This document shows positions 1 through 8,827 of a stretch of DNA of 35,453 nt, in pieces. The notes beneath the pieces are model-generated. The model worked only from the letters and a program-made list of their open reading frames with translations, did not search any database and had not been told where the DNA came from. The stretch spans positions 1-35,453 of the forward strand of contig CAMOQV010000003.1 in the NCBI GenBank assembly GCA_946623205.1, in the 5' to 3' direction. How positions within the stretch are numbered: position 1 is the first letter of the stretch; each line of letters begins with the position of its first letter. Origin of the DNA: an uncultured Clostridia bacterium. GTDB lineage: Bacteria; Bacillota; Clostridia; Christensenellales; UBA3700. The translations under genes were made by a program, and so were the position numbers.

Positions 1-37
1 CCGCACAGCTCATTCCAGTGATATCATATTTATCCAT
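1..37 (-). CDS. 5' end of a heavy-metal-associated (HMA) protein, probably copper-exporting P1B ATPase (CopA) or CopZ chaperone; truncated by window edge
   Basis: Manual translation of the reverse strand from ATG at 37 gives MDKYDITGMSCA..., the start of a GMxCxxC motif. Begins 1 nt after the csoR stop, with GAGG SD inside the csoR 3' end. Not in the ORF track. Confidence 0.8.
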   Translation of the reverse strand, partial: MDKYDITGMSCA

Positions 38-38
38 A

Positions 39-347
39 TTACCTCATTAGTTTTAATACTAGATTAGATAATTCATCGATAGCATTATCATCTCCAGCCT
101 TAATATCTCTTGCTACGCAAGTGTGTATATGTTTTTCTAATAGATCTTTATTAAAAGAATTAATAGCAGCATTAATTGCTTGAGATTGAATTAATATGTC
201 TGCACAATAAGCATTTTGTTCAACCATATTTTTAATTCCTCTAACTTGGCCTTCAATTCTATTTAATCTATTAATCAATTTTTTAATTTCTTCATCTGTT
301 CTTATTGTTTGTTTTTCACAATTAGAACAACATTTAGGACATGCCAT
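39..347 (-). CDS. csoR: CsoR/RcnR-family metal-sensing transcriptional repressor
   Basis: RLNRIEGQVRGI..M...YC.DIL.Q and H-x3-C (KHIHTC) match the CsoR C-H-C ligand set. Start moved to ATG 347 (MACPKCC), which has GGAGG upstream. Confidence 0.92.
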   Translation of the reverse strand: MACPKCCSNCEKQTIRTDEEIKKLINRLNRIEGQVRGIKNMVEQNAYCADILIQSQAINAAINSFNKDLLEKHIHTCVARDIKAGDDNAIDELSNLVLKLMR

Positions 348-361
348 ATCTAATCCTCCAT

Positions 362-378
362 ATACCCCCACCGGGTAT
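362..378. promoter_or_regulatory. CsoR operator (ATACCC-N5-GGGTAT with C/G tract)
   Basis: ATACCCCCACCGGGTAT: 6-bp inverted repeat around a C tract, between the -10 and the SD of csoR. Matches the TACCC...GGGTA architecture of Firmicute CsoR operators. Confidence 0.85.
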
Positions 379-382
379 TTAC

Positions 383-411
383 ATAATATGAAATTTATTT
401 CAAATTGTCAA
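383..411 (-). promoter_or_regulatory. sigma-A promoter for the csoR operon
   Basis: Minus strand TTGACA (411-406), N17, TATTAT (388-383). Confidence 0.8.
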
Positions 412-419
412 CACTTTGC

Positions 420-448
420 TTGACATGATTTTCAACTTGTTTTACTAT
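420..448 (+). promoter_or_regulatory. sigma-A promoter for arsR-cadA
   Basis: TTGACA (420-425), N17, TACTAT (443-448). Confidence 0.8.
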
Positions 449-472
449 ATAGTTGAATAATTGCTCAACTAT
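449..472. promoter_or_regulatory. ArsR/SmtB operator inverted repeat
   Basis: ATAGTTGA-ATAATTGC-TCAACTAT: perfect 8-bp arms with a TGA...TCA core over the expected transcription start, as in SmtB/CadC/CzrA operators. Confidence 0.8.
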
Positions 473-484
473 TGGAGGGATGAT

Positions 485-841
485 ATGTCAAAGTACGAAT
501 GCGATTGTGAAATAATTCATGAAGATAAAGTGAATGAAGTTAAAGGCAAAATGTTTTCAGATGATGAATATTTAGATTTAAGTGATTTATTTAAAATGTT
601 TGCTGATTCAACTAGAGTTAGAATTATGCATGCGCTTGAAAAGAGCGAATTATGCGTATGTGATTTAGCAAATTTATTGAATATGACAAAATCTGCTATT
701 TCGCATCAATTACAATCTTTAAGATTAATGAATTTAGTTAAGTTTAGAAAAGAAGGGCAGGTTGTTTACTATTCATTAAAAGACGATCACGTTAAAACAC
801 TAATTGACATAGGCTTTGAACATATCAGCGAGGAGAAATAA
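485..841 (+). CDS. ArsR/SmtB-family metalloregulator (CadC/ZiaR-like)
   Basis: FKMFADSTRVRI, ELCVCDLA, SAISHQL, YYSLKDDHV...EH; N-terminal CxC..IH. Start at ATG 485 after GGAGG. Confidence 0.92.
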   Translation: MSKYECDCEIIHEDKVNEVKGKMFSDDEYLDLSDLFKMFADSTRVRIMHALEKSELCVCDLANLLNMTKSAISHQLQSLRLMNLVKFRKEGQVVYYSLKDDHVKTLIDIGFEHISEEK

Positions 842-3354
842 TGAAACACATAATCAAAATTAAAGGCCTAGACTGTGCAAACTGTGCTAGGGAGTTAGAA
901 GAAGAGTTAAACAAGATTGAATCTGTTTCTGCTCAAGTGGAGTTCATCAATCAAAAAGTCAAATGTGATTGTGATGACAAGTATCTAGAAGAAGTAAAGT
1001 ATGCAATTTCGCACTTTGAAGAAGTAGAGATTGTAGAGGAAGAAGGCGGAAAGCACATTGTTAAAATTAAAGGATTAGATTGTGCAAACTGTGCTAGAGA
1101 GCTAGAGGAAGAATTAAACAAGATAGAATCTGTTTCTGCTCAAGTTGATTTTATTAATCAAAAAGTTAAATTTGATTGCGACGAAAAACACTTCGACGAG
1201 GTTATCTATACAATATCTCATTTTGAAGAAGTCGAAATAATTAAAGATGAGCCAACAAAAGATATTGTAATTAAAATAGAAGGCTTAGATTGTGCTAATT
1301 GTGCAAGAGAACTAGAAGAAGAATTAAATAAAATCGATGGTATAGAAGCAAATGTAGACTTTATATTGCAAAAAGTTAAAATTGCTTATGATAAAGATAG
1401 TGCACTAGCTAAAGCTAAATATGCAATTAATCATTTTGAAGAAGTTAAAATTGTTGAAGAGGAAGAAAAGAAGGGCTTTGAGCAAAAATGGGACTTAATA
1501 AGATTAATAGTTAGCTTTGTAATATTCTTGCCTGCATTTATAATGTCAAGGTTTGAACTTCCATTGTATGCAAAGATTATAGAATATGTTTTATTCATAG
1601 CTTCATATATTGTAGTTGGATACGAAGTTCTAATTAATACGGTTAAGAACGTTGCAAAAGGAAAAGTTTTCGATGAAAACTTCTTGATGGCAATAGCGTC
1701 AGTTGGTGCTATAGTGCTTGGCTTCGTCAGTGGAGGCGATGGTCTTGAAGAAGGCGTAATGGTTATGTTCTTATATGAACTTGGCGAATTCTTGCAATCA
1801 TTGGCTGTTGGATCATCAAGAAACTCAATAGTTAAATTAATGAATTTAAAGAGTGAAACGGCAATAAAGATTGTCGATGGAAAACAAGAAATTGTAACGC
1901 CAGAAGAGTTGAACGTTGGCGATATTGTTTTAATTAAAGTTGGAGATAAAGTCCCAGTAGATGGAATTATTGTAGATGGTAATTCGTCACTTGATTTAAA
2001 GTCACTAAACGGTGAGGCAATGCCAAAGGATGTAAAGGAAGGAGATAAGATCTTATCTGGTAGTATCAATATATCAAAGGCAATACAAATAAAAGTTATA
2101 AGAGAATATAAAGATTCTGCAGTAAAGAAGATTTTAGATTTGGTTGAGAATTCAGCCGAGAAGAAGACAAAATCTGAAAAGTTTATTACGAAGTTTGCAA
2201 AATACTATACTCCAGCAGTTTGCGCTCTTGCATTAGTTGTTGCAACAATTGTTCCAACGATTATTGGAGCTGTACAAGGTAATTTCGTATGGGAATTATA
2301 TTCTAGATGGATTTACAATGCTTTGTGCTTCTTGGTTATCTCTTGTCCTTGTGCACTTGTTATTTCTGTGCCTCTTGCATACTTTGGAGGAATTGGTGCA
2401 GGTGCTAGAAATGGTGTGCTTGTAAAAGGATCTACATCTTTAGACGAATTAGCAAATGCTTCTGTTGCAGCCTTTGATAAAACGGGAACATTAACGAAAG
2501 GCGAATTTAGTGTTATTAATTATTCTTCTAAAGAAGCATACGAGATAGCATCAATTGTAGAGAAGTATTCTTCTCACCCAATTGCAAAAGCTTTTAAAGA
2601 TAATATAGATGGAAAAGTAGAAGGCTTTAAAGAAGTATCTGGAAGAGGCATTGAATGTAAATTAAATGGAGAAAAAGTTCTTTTAGGAAACTATCAAATG
2701 ATGGTTGAAAACAACATAAATGTTGTTAAGGCTGAGTCAATTGCTATTGTTATATATGTTGCAAAGTCTGGAAAGTTTATTGGATATGTAGAAATTGATG
2801 ATGTCATAAAAGATGGCGCAAAAGAAGCTTTAGCGTTATTAAAGAAAGAAGGCGTTGAGTATATTACGATGCTTTCTGGAGATAGTAAAGAAAGAGCAAT
2901 GGCAATTGCGAAAGAATTGAATTTGGATGGAGTTGAAGGTGGATTGCTTCCAAACGAAAAATTGGATAAGGCTAAAGAGTTAAAGCAAAAGGGCGGTTTA
3001 ATCTATGTTGGAGATGGTATTAACGATGCTCCAGTTATGATGGAATCAAATTGCGCAATCTCTATGGGATCAATTGGCTCTGATGCAGCAATTGAAGCGA
3101 GCGATATAGTATTAGTCAGCGACGATTTATCTAAGATTGCAAAAGCAAAGAGAGTTGCAAAGAAGACGAAGAAGATAGTTCTTGAAAATATAGTAGGTTC
3201 TCTATTTGTTAAATTTGCAATTATGATTTTAGACCTAAGTTGGGGAGCAATAGTTCCAGGTGGAGTATTCCCATTAATAGTATCTGTTATTGCAGACGTA
3301 GGAGTTATGTTGCTTGCCGTATTAAATTCAATGAGATTGCTAATTAAAAAGTAA
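841..3354 (+). CDS. cadA: Zn/Cd/Pb-exporting P1B-2 ATPase with three N-terminal HMA domains
   Basis: GLDCANC x3, FDENFLM, SCPCAL, DKTGTLT, SSHP, GDGINDAP, Lys in the penultimate TM and ADVG in the last TM. Coupled to the repressor (TAATG). Confidence 0.95.
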   Translation: MKHIIKIKGLDCANCARELEEELNKIESVSAQVEFINQKVKCDCDDKYLEEVKYAISHFEEVEIVEEEGGKHIVKIKGLDCANCARELEEELNKIESVSAQVDFINQKVKFDCDEKHFDEVIYTISHFEEVEIIKDEPTKDIVIKIEGLDCANCARELEEELNKIDGIEANVDFILQKVKIAYDKDSALAKAKYAINHFEEVKIVEEEEKKGFEQKWDLIRLIVSFVIFLPAFIMSRFELPLYAKIIEYVLFIASYIVVGYEVLINTVKNVAKGKVFDENFLMAIASVGAIVLGFVSGGDGLEEGVMVMFLYELGEFLQSLAVGSSRNSIVKLMNLKSETAIKIVDGKQEIVTPEELNVGDIVLIKVGDKVPVDGIIVDGNSSLDLKSLNGEAMPKDVKEGDKILSGSINISKAIQIKVIREYKDSAVKKILDLVENSAEKKTKSEKFITKFAKYYTPAVCALALVVATIVPTIIGAVQGNFVWELYSRWIYNALCFLVISCPCALVISVPLAYFGGIGAGARNGVLVKGSTSLDELANASVAAFDKTGTLTKGEFSVINYSSKEAYEIASIVEKYSSHPIAKAFKDNIDGKVEGFKEVSGRGIECKLNGEKVLLGNYQMMVENNINVVKAESIAIVIYVAKSGKFIGYVEIDDVIKDGAKEALALLKKEGVEYITMLSGDSKERAMAIAKELNLDGVEGGLLPNEKLDKAKELKQKGGLIYVGDGINDAPVMMESNCAISMGSIGSDAAIEASDIVLVSDDLSKIAKAKRVAKKTKKIVLENIVGSLFVKFAIMILDLSWGAIVPGGVFPLIVSVIADVGVMLLAVLNSMRLLIKK
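844..1460 (+). repeat. Three tandem HMA-domain repeats (period 207 and 210 bp)
   Basis: KIxGLDCANCARELEEELNKI...HFEEVxI begins at 856, 1063 and 1273. Confidence 0.95.
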
Positions 3355-3374
3355 CTTCCAAAAAGTTAATAAAC

Positions 3375-3410
3375 AATATTGGGTAGTCACATCAATGGCT
3401 ACCCAATATT
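3375..3410. terminator. Bidirectional intrinsic terminator between convergent cadA and M28 genes
   Basis: AATATTGGGTAGTCA-CATCAA-TGGCTACCCAATATT: 15-bp stem with one wobble, AT-rich flanks. Confidence 0.8.
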
Positions 3411-3431
3411 CTATTGTTTTAATAATTATAA

Positions 3432-4703
3432 TTATTTATTTTGATTTTTGTCGAATTCAACTACCTTTGGAACTAGTTTAACAACAAGTTCAACACCTTT
3501 TTCTAAAGATGCCATATTTAAACCTTCAACCGTATCATTGTATGTATGATAGTAATTTGTAGGTCTTGGATCTTGAGCTGCAATTGTAACAGTCTTTACT
3601 TTACTTCTAGAAAATGGAGTAGAGTCACAACCACCAACTGGGTTTTCAATTATACCAGGAGTTGGAACATCAATTTCCTTCATTGTATCAACTGTCATAT
3701 TAACTAAATCTTTGTCGAATTTAGAGAACAACCATGTATCTCCCTTAACTGCATTGAAATGGTCGTAATCTCTAAATGAATCAAGGTTAAGACTGTAATA
3801 GTGTTCATTAAAGTCAGCTTTATGAGCTTTGCAGAATGCTAAAGAACCTTTTAATCCAGCTTCTTCACATCCAAGTGCAGCACAGATTAATCTCGTGTTT
3901 TCTGGTAATTCATCTGGATGATCATTGTAGTATTTAACTGTAGCTAGAGCGATTTCGCAACCTGTTAAATTATCCATTGCACCAGGAGAAGCTTTTCTCT
4001 TATCCCATGTTAAGTATTGAGATAGCCAGTAGCATCCAGGAACAGCAAAGATTGGAACGATGTACATAATTAAATATCCAACGTTTTTGATTGTCTTAGA
4101 AGAAACATCAAGAATTGATGTTGTCCAGAACATAAAGCTATAAGCATGATTGCAAATAGCAATTAATGATACAAGTGCAATCCCTGCAACACTTAATACG
4201 CCAATGATTGTTTTAATCATCATTGTATTTGGATTTAGGGCAGATAATTGCCAGCACCAAGAAGAGTCAATGTGACCAGATAACAAAATAGTTCTATCTA
4301 CAACGCCAGATTTTGGTTCAAGTGTTGCATATGTATTTTGAGATGGCTTCTTCTTGAATAAGAAATCTAATACACCGGTGTAAGTAAAGATTTGTAGACC
4401 TGCATAGATTAATAATAATGTTGCAGCTATAAAACTTGCGATTGGAGAAAGATAGAATAAAACAGTTGCCACATATGCAAGATATCCTAAAACTGGAATA
4501 AATCCTATAGATGCAACAGGCGCCATTTTGAATGGTTCAGATACTGGTTTTAATCCTGTTTCTCTCTCGATTTGTTCAGCGAATTTTTCTGCACCAAGCT
4601 TTTCTTCTTCTGAGCCAGGAAGTCTTGGTCCAGTCAAATCGATGATTTCTTTGATGTTGTTAAATACTAATTGCGCCGAGCTTTTGATTTCGCTTTCTTT
4701 CAT
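3432..4703 (-). CDS. Membrane-embedded M28-family zinc metallohydrolase
   Basis: M28 motifs SGHIDS, GAMDNLTG, CEEAGLKGS, NLDS, GCDSTPF, YYHTYNDT; about four hydrophobic segments inserted in the N-terminal half; SD AAGGGGTG. Confidence 0.85.
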   Translation of the reverse strand: MKESEIKSSAQLVFNNIKEIIDLTGPRLPGSEEEKLGAEKFAEQIERETGLKPVSEPFKMAPVASIGFIPVLGYLAYVATVLFYLSPIASFIAATLLLIYAGLQIFTYTGVLDFLFKKKPSQNTYATLEPKSGVVDRTILLSGHIDSSWCWQLSALNPNTMMIKTIIGVLSVAGIALVSLIAICNHAYSFMFWTTSILDVSSKTIKNVGYLIMYIVPIFAVPGCYWLSQYLTWDKRKASPGAMDNLTGCEIALATVKYYNDHPDELPENTRLICAALGCEEAGLKGSLAFCKAHKADFNEHYYSLNLDSFRDYDHFNAVKGDTWLFSKFDKDLVNMTVDTMKEIDVPTPGIIENPVGGCDSTPFSRSKVKTVTIAAQDPRPTNYYHTYNDTVEGLNMASLEKGVELVVKLVPKVVEFDKNQNK

Positions 4704-4751
4704 TGTTTAATCACCCTTTAACCTTTTAATTGAAAATTAATTACATTAACA

Positions 4752-4780
4752 AGTATAAAATTTATGAGTTTTGTAGTCAA
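4752..4780 (-). promoter_or_regulatory. sigma-A promoter for the M28 gene
   Basis: Minus strand TTGACT (4780-4775), N17, TATACT (4757-4752). Confidence 0.7.
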
Positions 4781-4870
4781 TAGAAACTTTTAAATGAATA
4801 ATTTAAAAATGATAGTGCAACGCCCATTTTGATAGTTCATAAATCAAACAAATATATAAAATATTATATA

Positions 4871-4899
4871 TTGACTATGCGAGATTAAATTGTTAAAAT
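4871..4899 (+). promoter_or_regulatory. sigma-A promoter with extended -10 for the aminotransferase operon
   Basis: TTGACT (4871-4876), N17, TAAAAT (4894-4899) with TG at 4891-4892. Confidence 0.75.
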
Positions 4900-4934
4900 T
4901 AATTTTAGTGAATACAAAAAAAGGAGCAAAAGTT

Positions 4935-6599
4935 ATGAAGGTAATCAATACTGAATTAAAAGGTATGCAAGAAAAGGGATACGGCGTAACTCGTTGGGCT
5001 GATCCTCAATCTATTAGAGATTCTCTAAAAGAACTTACAGACGCAAACATCTATGCTATTCCTAAAGACGTTTATGAAAACGATATCGTAAAGGGATACT
5101 ATGAGAAAAAGTGTGCTAAGTCTAAGACTATCACAGCTGAAGCAAAAGGTTTCATTCCTGGTGGTGTTCAACACAACTTAGCATTCAACAAACCATTCCC
5201 AATGTGTATGGTTAAAGCAGAAGGAGCTTATTTATATGACGCTGACGGCAATAAATACTTCGACTTCTTACAAGCTGGTGGTCCAACAATTTTAGGATCT
5301 AACTACAAAGCTGTTCAAGATGAAGCAGTTAAGTTAATCAAAGAATGTGGCCCAGTTACAGGTTTATTCCATGAAGCCGAATTATTGATTGCTAAAGAAA
5401 TTAATAAGCATATGCCATGGGTAGAAAAGTTCAGAATGTTAGGTTCTGGTACAGAAGCTGATATGGCTGCTATCCGTATTTCTAGATGTGCAACAGGTAA
5501 GAAGAGAATCATCAAAGTTGGTGGTGCTTACCATGGTTGGTCAGATCAATTAGTATATGGTCTAAAGATTCCTGGAACAAGAAACTTCCTAGAATCTCAT
5601 GGTATCCCAGGAAAGATCTTCTCACTAGTTGATGAAGTTCAACCAGATAACATCGAAATGATGGAAAAATACTTAAAGTTAAATGAACTAAGAGGCGGTA
5701 CAGCCTGCGTTCTTATCGAGCCAGTTGGTCCAGAATCTGGTACAAGACCAGTTGCTTGGGATTACAACAAGAAGGTAAGAGCTCTTTGTGATAAGTACGG
5801 CGCACTTCTAATCTTCGACGAAGTTGTAACAGGCTTCAGAGTTGGTGTTGGTGGTGCTCAAGGTTTATTCAACGTTCAACCAGACTTAACAGTATTCGGT
5901 AAGATCGTTGCTGGTGGATATCCAGCTGCTGGTGGTGTTGGTGGTAAGAAGAAGTATGTTGATTTGATGGCTGCTGGTGTTGGCGGTATGATGAAGAAAG
6001 CTTATGTTGGTGGTACACTTGCTGCTAACCCACTATCTTCTATGGCTGGTTACACAGCTATTAAAGAAATCGCTAAGAATGATGCTTGCGTAAAGGCTGG
6101 TCTTGCTGGTAACAGATTAACAGATGGTCTTGTAAGATTAATCGAAGCATACAAATTACCATATGTTGCATACAACCAAGGTTCAATCTGCCACTTAGAG
6201 TGTTCAGCTGCTATGAGTTTCGACTTCTCTTCAATGAACATCATCAATGTTGTACAAGCTCTATCTAAGAAGAGCATGATGATGGTAAGAAAAGAAGCTA
6301 TGGAACAAATGGGTGCTGCTTACATGGCTAACGGTATCGTTACACTTGCTGGTTCAAGATTATATACATCTATGGCTGATACAGATGAAGTTATCGATGA
6401 AGCATTGAACAGATTCGAAGATGTATTCAAGCTAATCAAGGAAAGAGATATTCCACTAGATGAACAAATCGCTGAATACAATGCTAAGCATAAGGCTGAA
6501 AAGGCCGCAAAGAAAGCAGCTGCTAAAGAATTTATGGCTAAAGAAAAGGCTGAAGCAGCAGCAAAGAAAGCAGAAGCAAAGAAAATTCTTGCTGAATAA
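4935..6599 (+). CDS. Class III PLP-dependent aminotransferase (GSA-aminomutase-like fold) with Lys/Ala-rich C-terminal tail
   Basis: GAYLYDADGNKYFD, SGTEADM, GAYHG, LIFDEVVTGFR, FGKIVAGGYP (PLP Lys), GTLAANP. Start ATG 4935 after AAGGAG. Confidence 0.9.
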   Translation: MKVINTELKGMQEKGYGVTRWADPQSIRDSLKELTDANIYAIPKDVYENDIVKGYYEKKCAKSKTITAEAKGFIPGGVQHNLAFNKPFPMCMVKAEGAYLYDADGNKYFDFLQAGGPTILGSNYKAVQDEAVKLIKECGPVTGLFHEAELLIAKEINKHMPWVEKFRMLGSGTEADMAAIRISRCATGKKRIIKVGGAYHGWSDQLVYGLKIPGTRNFLESHGIPGKIFSLVDEVQPDNIEMMEKYLKLNELRGGTACVLIEPVGPESGTRPVAWDYNKKVRALCDKYGALLIFDEVVTGFRVGVGGAQGLFNVQPDLTVFGKIVAGGYPAAGGVGGKKKYVDLMAAGVGGMMKKAYVGGTLAANPLSSMAGYTAIKEIAKNDACVKAGLAGNRLTDGLVRLIEAYKLPYVAYNQGSICHLECSAAMSFDFSSMNIINVVQALSKKSMMMVRKEAMEQMGAAYMANGIVTLAGSRLYTSMADTDEVIDEALNRFEDVFKLIKERDIPLDEQIAEYNAKHKAEKAAKKAAAKEFMAKEKAEAAAKKAEAKKILAE

Positions 6600-6613
6600 T
6601 TAACAAAAAATAC

Positions 6614-6647
6614 AAAAGGGATTACGGCACATTCGTAATCCCTTTTT
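6614..6647 (+). terminator. Intra-operon intrinsic terminator or stabilising hairpin
   Basis: AAAAGGGATTACG-GCACATT-CGTAATCCCTTTTT: perfect stem with T tract. Confidence 0.85.
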
Positions 6648-6665
6648 GCGTAAGTAGGATTAAAA

Positions 6666-8201
6666 ATGGGAAAGTATATTATTGCACACGATATGGGTAC
6701 AAGTTCAGATAAAGCTGTTTTAATTAGCTTTGCTGGCGAAATAGTGGCTTCAATGGCCGAACCATATCCAACTTATTATCCAGCACCATCTTTTGTAGAG
6801 CAAAACCCACAAGACTATTGGGATGCTGTTTGCAAAACTACAAGAGAAGTTGTAAAGAAAGCTGGAATTAAACCAGACGAAGTCAAGGGAATAGTATTTT
6901 CTACTCAAGCTATGGGTATTATCCCAGTTGATGCTTATGGTAAAGTACTACATCCAAATATAACATGGGTTGATGGTAGAGCTGAAAAGCAAGCACAAAA
7001 ATTAATGAATAAGGTTGGCGGTAAGAGAATATTTACATTAGTTGCCGGCACACCTATTATGGGTAAAGACGTTATTGCAAAGATCCAATGGCTAAGAGAA
7101 GAAAGACCAGATGTTTATAATGAAACAAAGTATTTCTTGGATGTTAATGGATTTTTGAAATATAAATGTACAGGTGAAATGGTAGCAGAATTATCTGGTG
7201 CTTCATCATATGGTCTTGATTTAAAGAAAAAGACTTGGATGAGCGCTCTAAAGATAGTAGGCATCGATATGTCTAAATTGCCACCACTTGTAAAGAGTAC
7301 AGATTTAATTGGTAACGGACTTACTCAAGAAGCAGCACAATTAATGGAACTTCCAGTTGGAACTCCAGTATTTGGTGGTTGTGATGATACACAATCTGCA
7401 GCTATTGGTTCAGGTATGAATGGAGATGGAGAAATCCATATTTATTTAGGAACATCTGCTTGGGTTGGCGCTACATCAAAAACAGAAACAAAGTTCAAGC
7501 ATGGTACAGGTGCTCTACAATCTGCTGACCCTGAGATGAATTTAATCGCAGGTGTAACAGAAGCCGCAGGAAGCAACATTCAATGGCTATGCGATCAATT
7601 CTTTAGAACAGAACAAAAAGAACTAGGCGAAGGTATCTATAAATATATGGACGAAGTTATCTCTTCTATTCCAGCAGGTTCAGATCACTTAATTTGTACA
7701 CCTTGGATGAGCGGAGAAAGATGCCCAGTTTCATCAACAACAACAAGATCAACATTATTTAATATCACACCAACTCACACAAGAGAACACTTAATGAAAG
7801 CTCTATATGAAGGTATTGGATATAACTTAAGATGGATTCTTGAGAATTATGAAAAGGATTATGGATTCCACTGTAGACAATTCAGAATTATTGGTGGTGG
7901 GGCTCTTGATGATGCATGGATGCAAATTATTGCAGATATTACAAAGAGCGAATTTGCTGTTGTAGAAAATCCAAGAATGGCTGGTGCTTTAGGCGCTGCA
8001 ATTATTGCACTTATTGGTCTTGGCGAATTAAAAGGATTTAGTGATGCAAAACTATTTGTTAAAGAAGCTAAATCATATAAGCCAAATCCAGCAAATGCGT
8101 ATATCTATGATAAGTTGTTTATGGATTACAAGAGAGTATATAAGTCTCTAAAGAGAACATATAGAAAAGCTAATTCAAAGCGTTTTGAAGGAGAAATATA
8201 A
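6666..8201 (+). CDS. FGGY-family carbohydrate kinase (xylulokinase-like)
   Basis: IIAHDMGTSS, EQNP, WVDGRA, YLGTS, GERCP, LYEGI, IGGGA motifs. Confidence 0.92.
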   Translation: MGKYIIAHDMGTSSDKAVLISFAGEIVASMAEPYPTYYPAPSFVEQNPQDYWDAVCKTTREVVKKAGIKPDEVKGIVFSTQAMGIIPVDAYGKVLHPNITWVDGRAEKQAQKLMNKVGGKRIFTLVAGTPIMGKDVIAKIQWLREERPDVYNETKYFLDVNGFLKYKCTGEMVAELSGASSYGLDLKKKTWMSALKIVGIDMSKLPPLVKSTDLIGNGLTQEAAQLMELPVGTPVFGGCDDTQSAAIGSGMNGDGEIHIYLGTSAWVGATSKTETKFKHGTGALQSADPEMNLIAGVTEAAGSNIQWLCDQFFRTEQKELGEGIYKYMDEVISSIPAGSDHLICTPWMSGERCPVSSTTTRSTLFNITPTHTREHLMKALYEGIGYNLRWILENYEKDYGFHCRQFRIIGGGALDDAWMQIIADITKSEFAVVENPRMAGALGAAIIALIGLGELKGFSDAKLFVKEAKSYKPNPANAYIYDKLFMDYKRVYKSLKRTYRKANSKRFEGEI

Positions 8202-8824
8202 TGAATAAGTACGTAGAAAAGATTATCGAATACGCTAAAAGACTTGTTGAAGAAGGAATCAACGATAATAAAGCGTGTATCTCTTTAAAAACAGCACATG
8301 GTTACATGTATGCTACAAAAGAGGGCGTAGAACTAAAGAATATTGATGAAAATGCGGTTGAAAAAGTCGATTTAGCAACAGCTGAAGGCGAATATAAACT
8401 ACATGCTACTATTTACACAGCAAAGGCTGACGTAAATGCTATTTGTCATGTTCATCCAAAGTGGGTTGCTCCAGTTGCTAAAGCTGGTGCTACAATTCCA
8501 ACAGTTTTAGATGATATGGCTCAAATCGTTGGACCAAAGTGTAAAACAGCTAAAAATGACATAGGTTCAATCCTAAAGAATCTAAAGGGATGCAATTCTT
8601 GCTTAATTAAAGATGATGGTTGTATTACAACAGGTAGATCTTTAGATGAAGCATATACTTGTGTACTTGTATTAGACAAAGCAGCTCATTGCTACGTTTC
8701 AAGTGCCGTTATTGGTAAGAATGTTACTATTAACATCTTCGAAGCTAAATTAATGCAATTTATCTATAAGAAGAAATATAGTAAGGCTAACCAAGAAAAC
8801 TTACAAGTAAGCGAGGAGGAATAA
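8201..8824 (+). CDS. Class II aldolase/adducin-family protein, degenerate active site
   Basis: E..LH..IY...DVNAICHVHP and LDDMAQIVG retained; lacks the GN and TPxG phosphate loops; NHG replaced by DDG. Confidence 0.8.
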   Translation: MNKYVEKIIEYAKRLVEEGINDNKACISLKTAHGYMYATKEGVELKNIDENAVEKVDLATAEGEYKLHATIYTAKADVNAICHVHPKWVAPVAKAGATIPTVLDDMAQIVGPKCKTAKNDIGSILKNLKGCNSCLIKDDGCITTGRSLDEAYTCVLVLDKAAHCYVSSAVIGKNVTINIFEAKLMQFIYKKKYSKANQENLQVSEEE

Positions 8825-8827
8825 TCT

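Noticed and set aside
1-3354. Metal-resistance genes as part of a mobile element
   Set aside because: No transposase, integrase, terminal repeats or evident compositional shift within the window.
4935-6599. Annotation as hemL (tetrapyrrole synthesis)
   Set aside because: Fold is similar, but there are no hem genes nearby, the protein has long terminal extensions, and the kinase/aldolase context points to catabolism.
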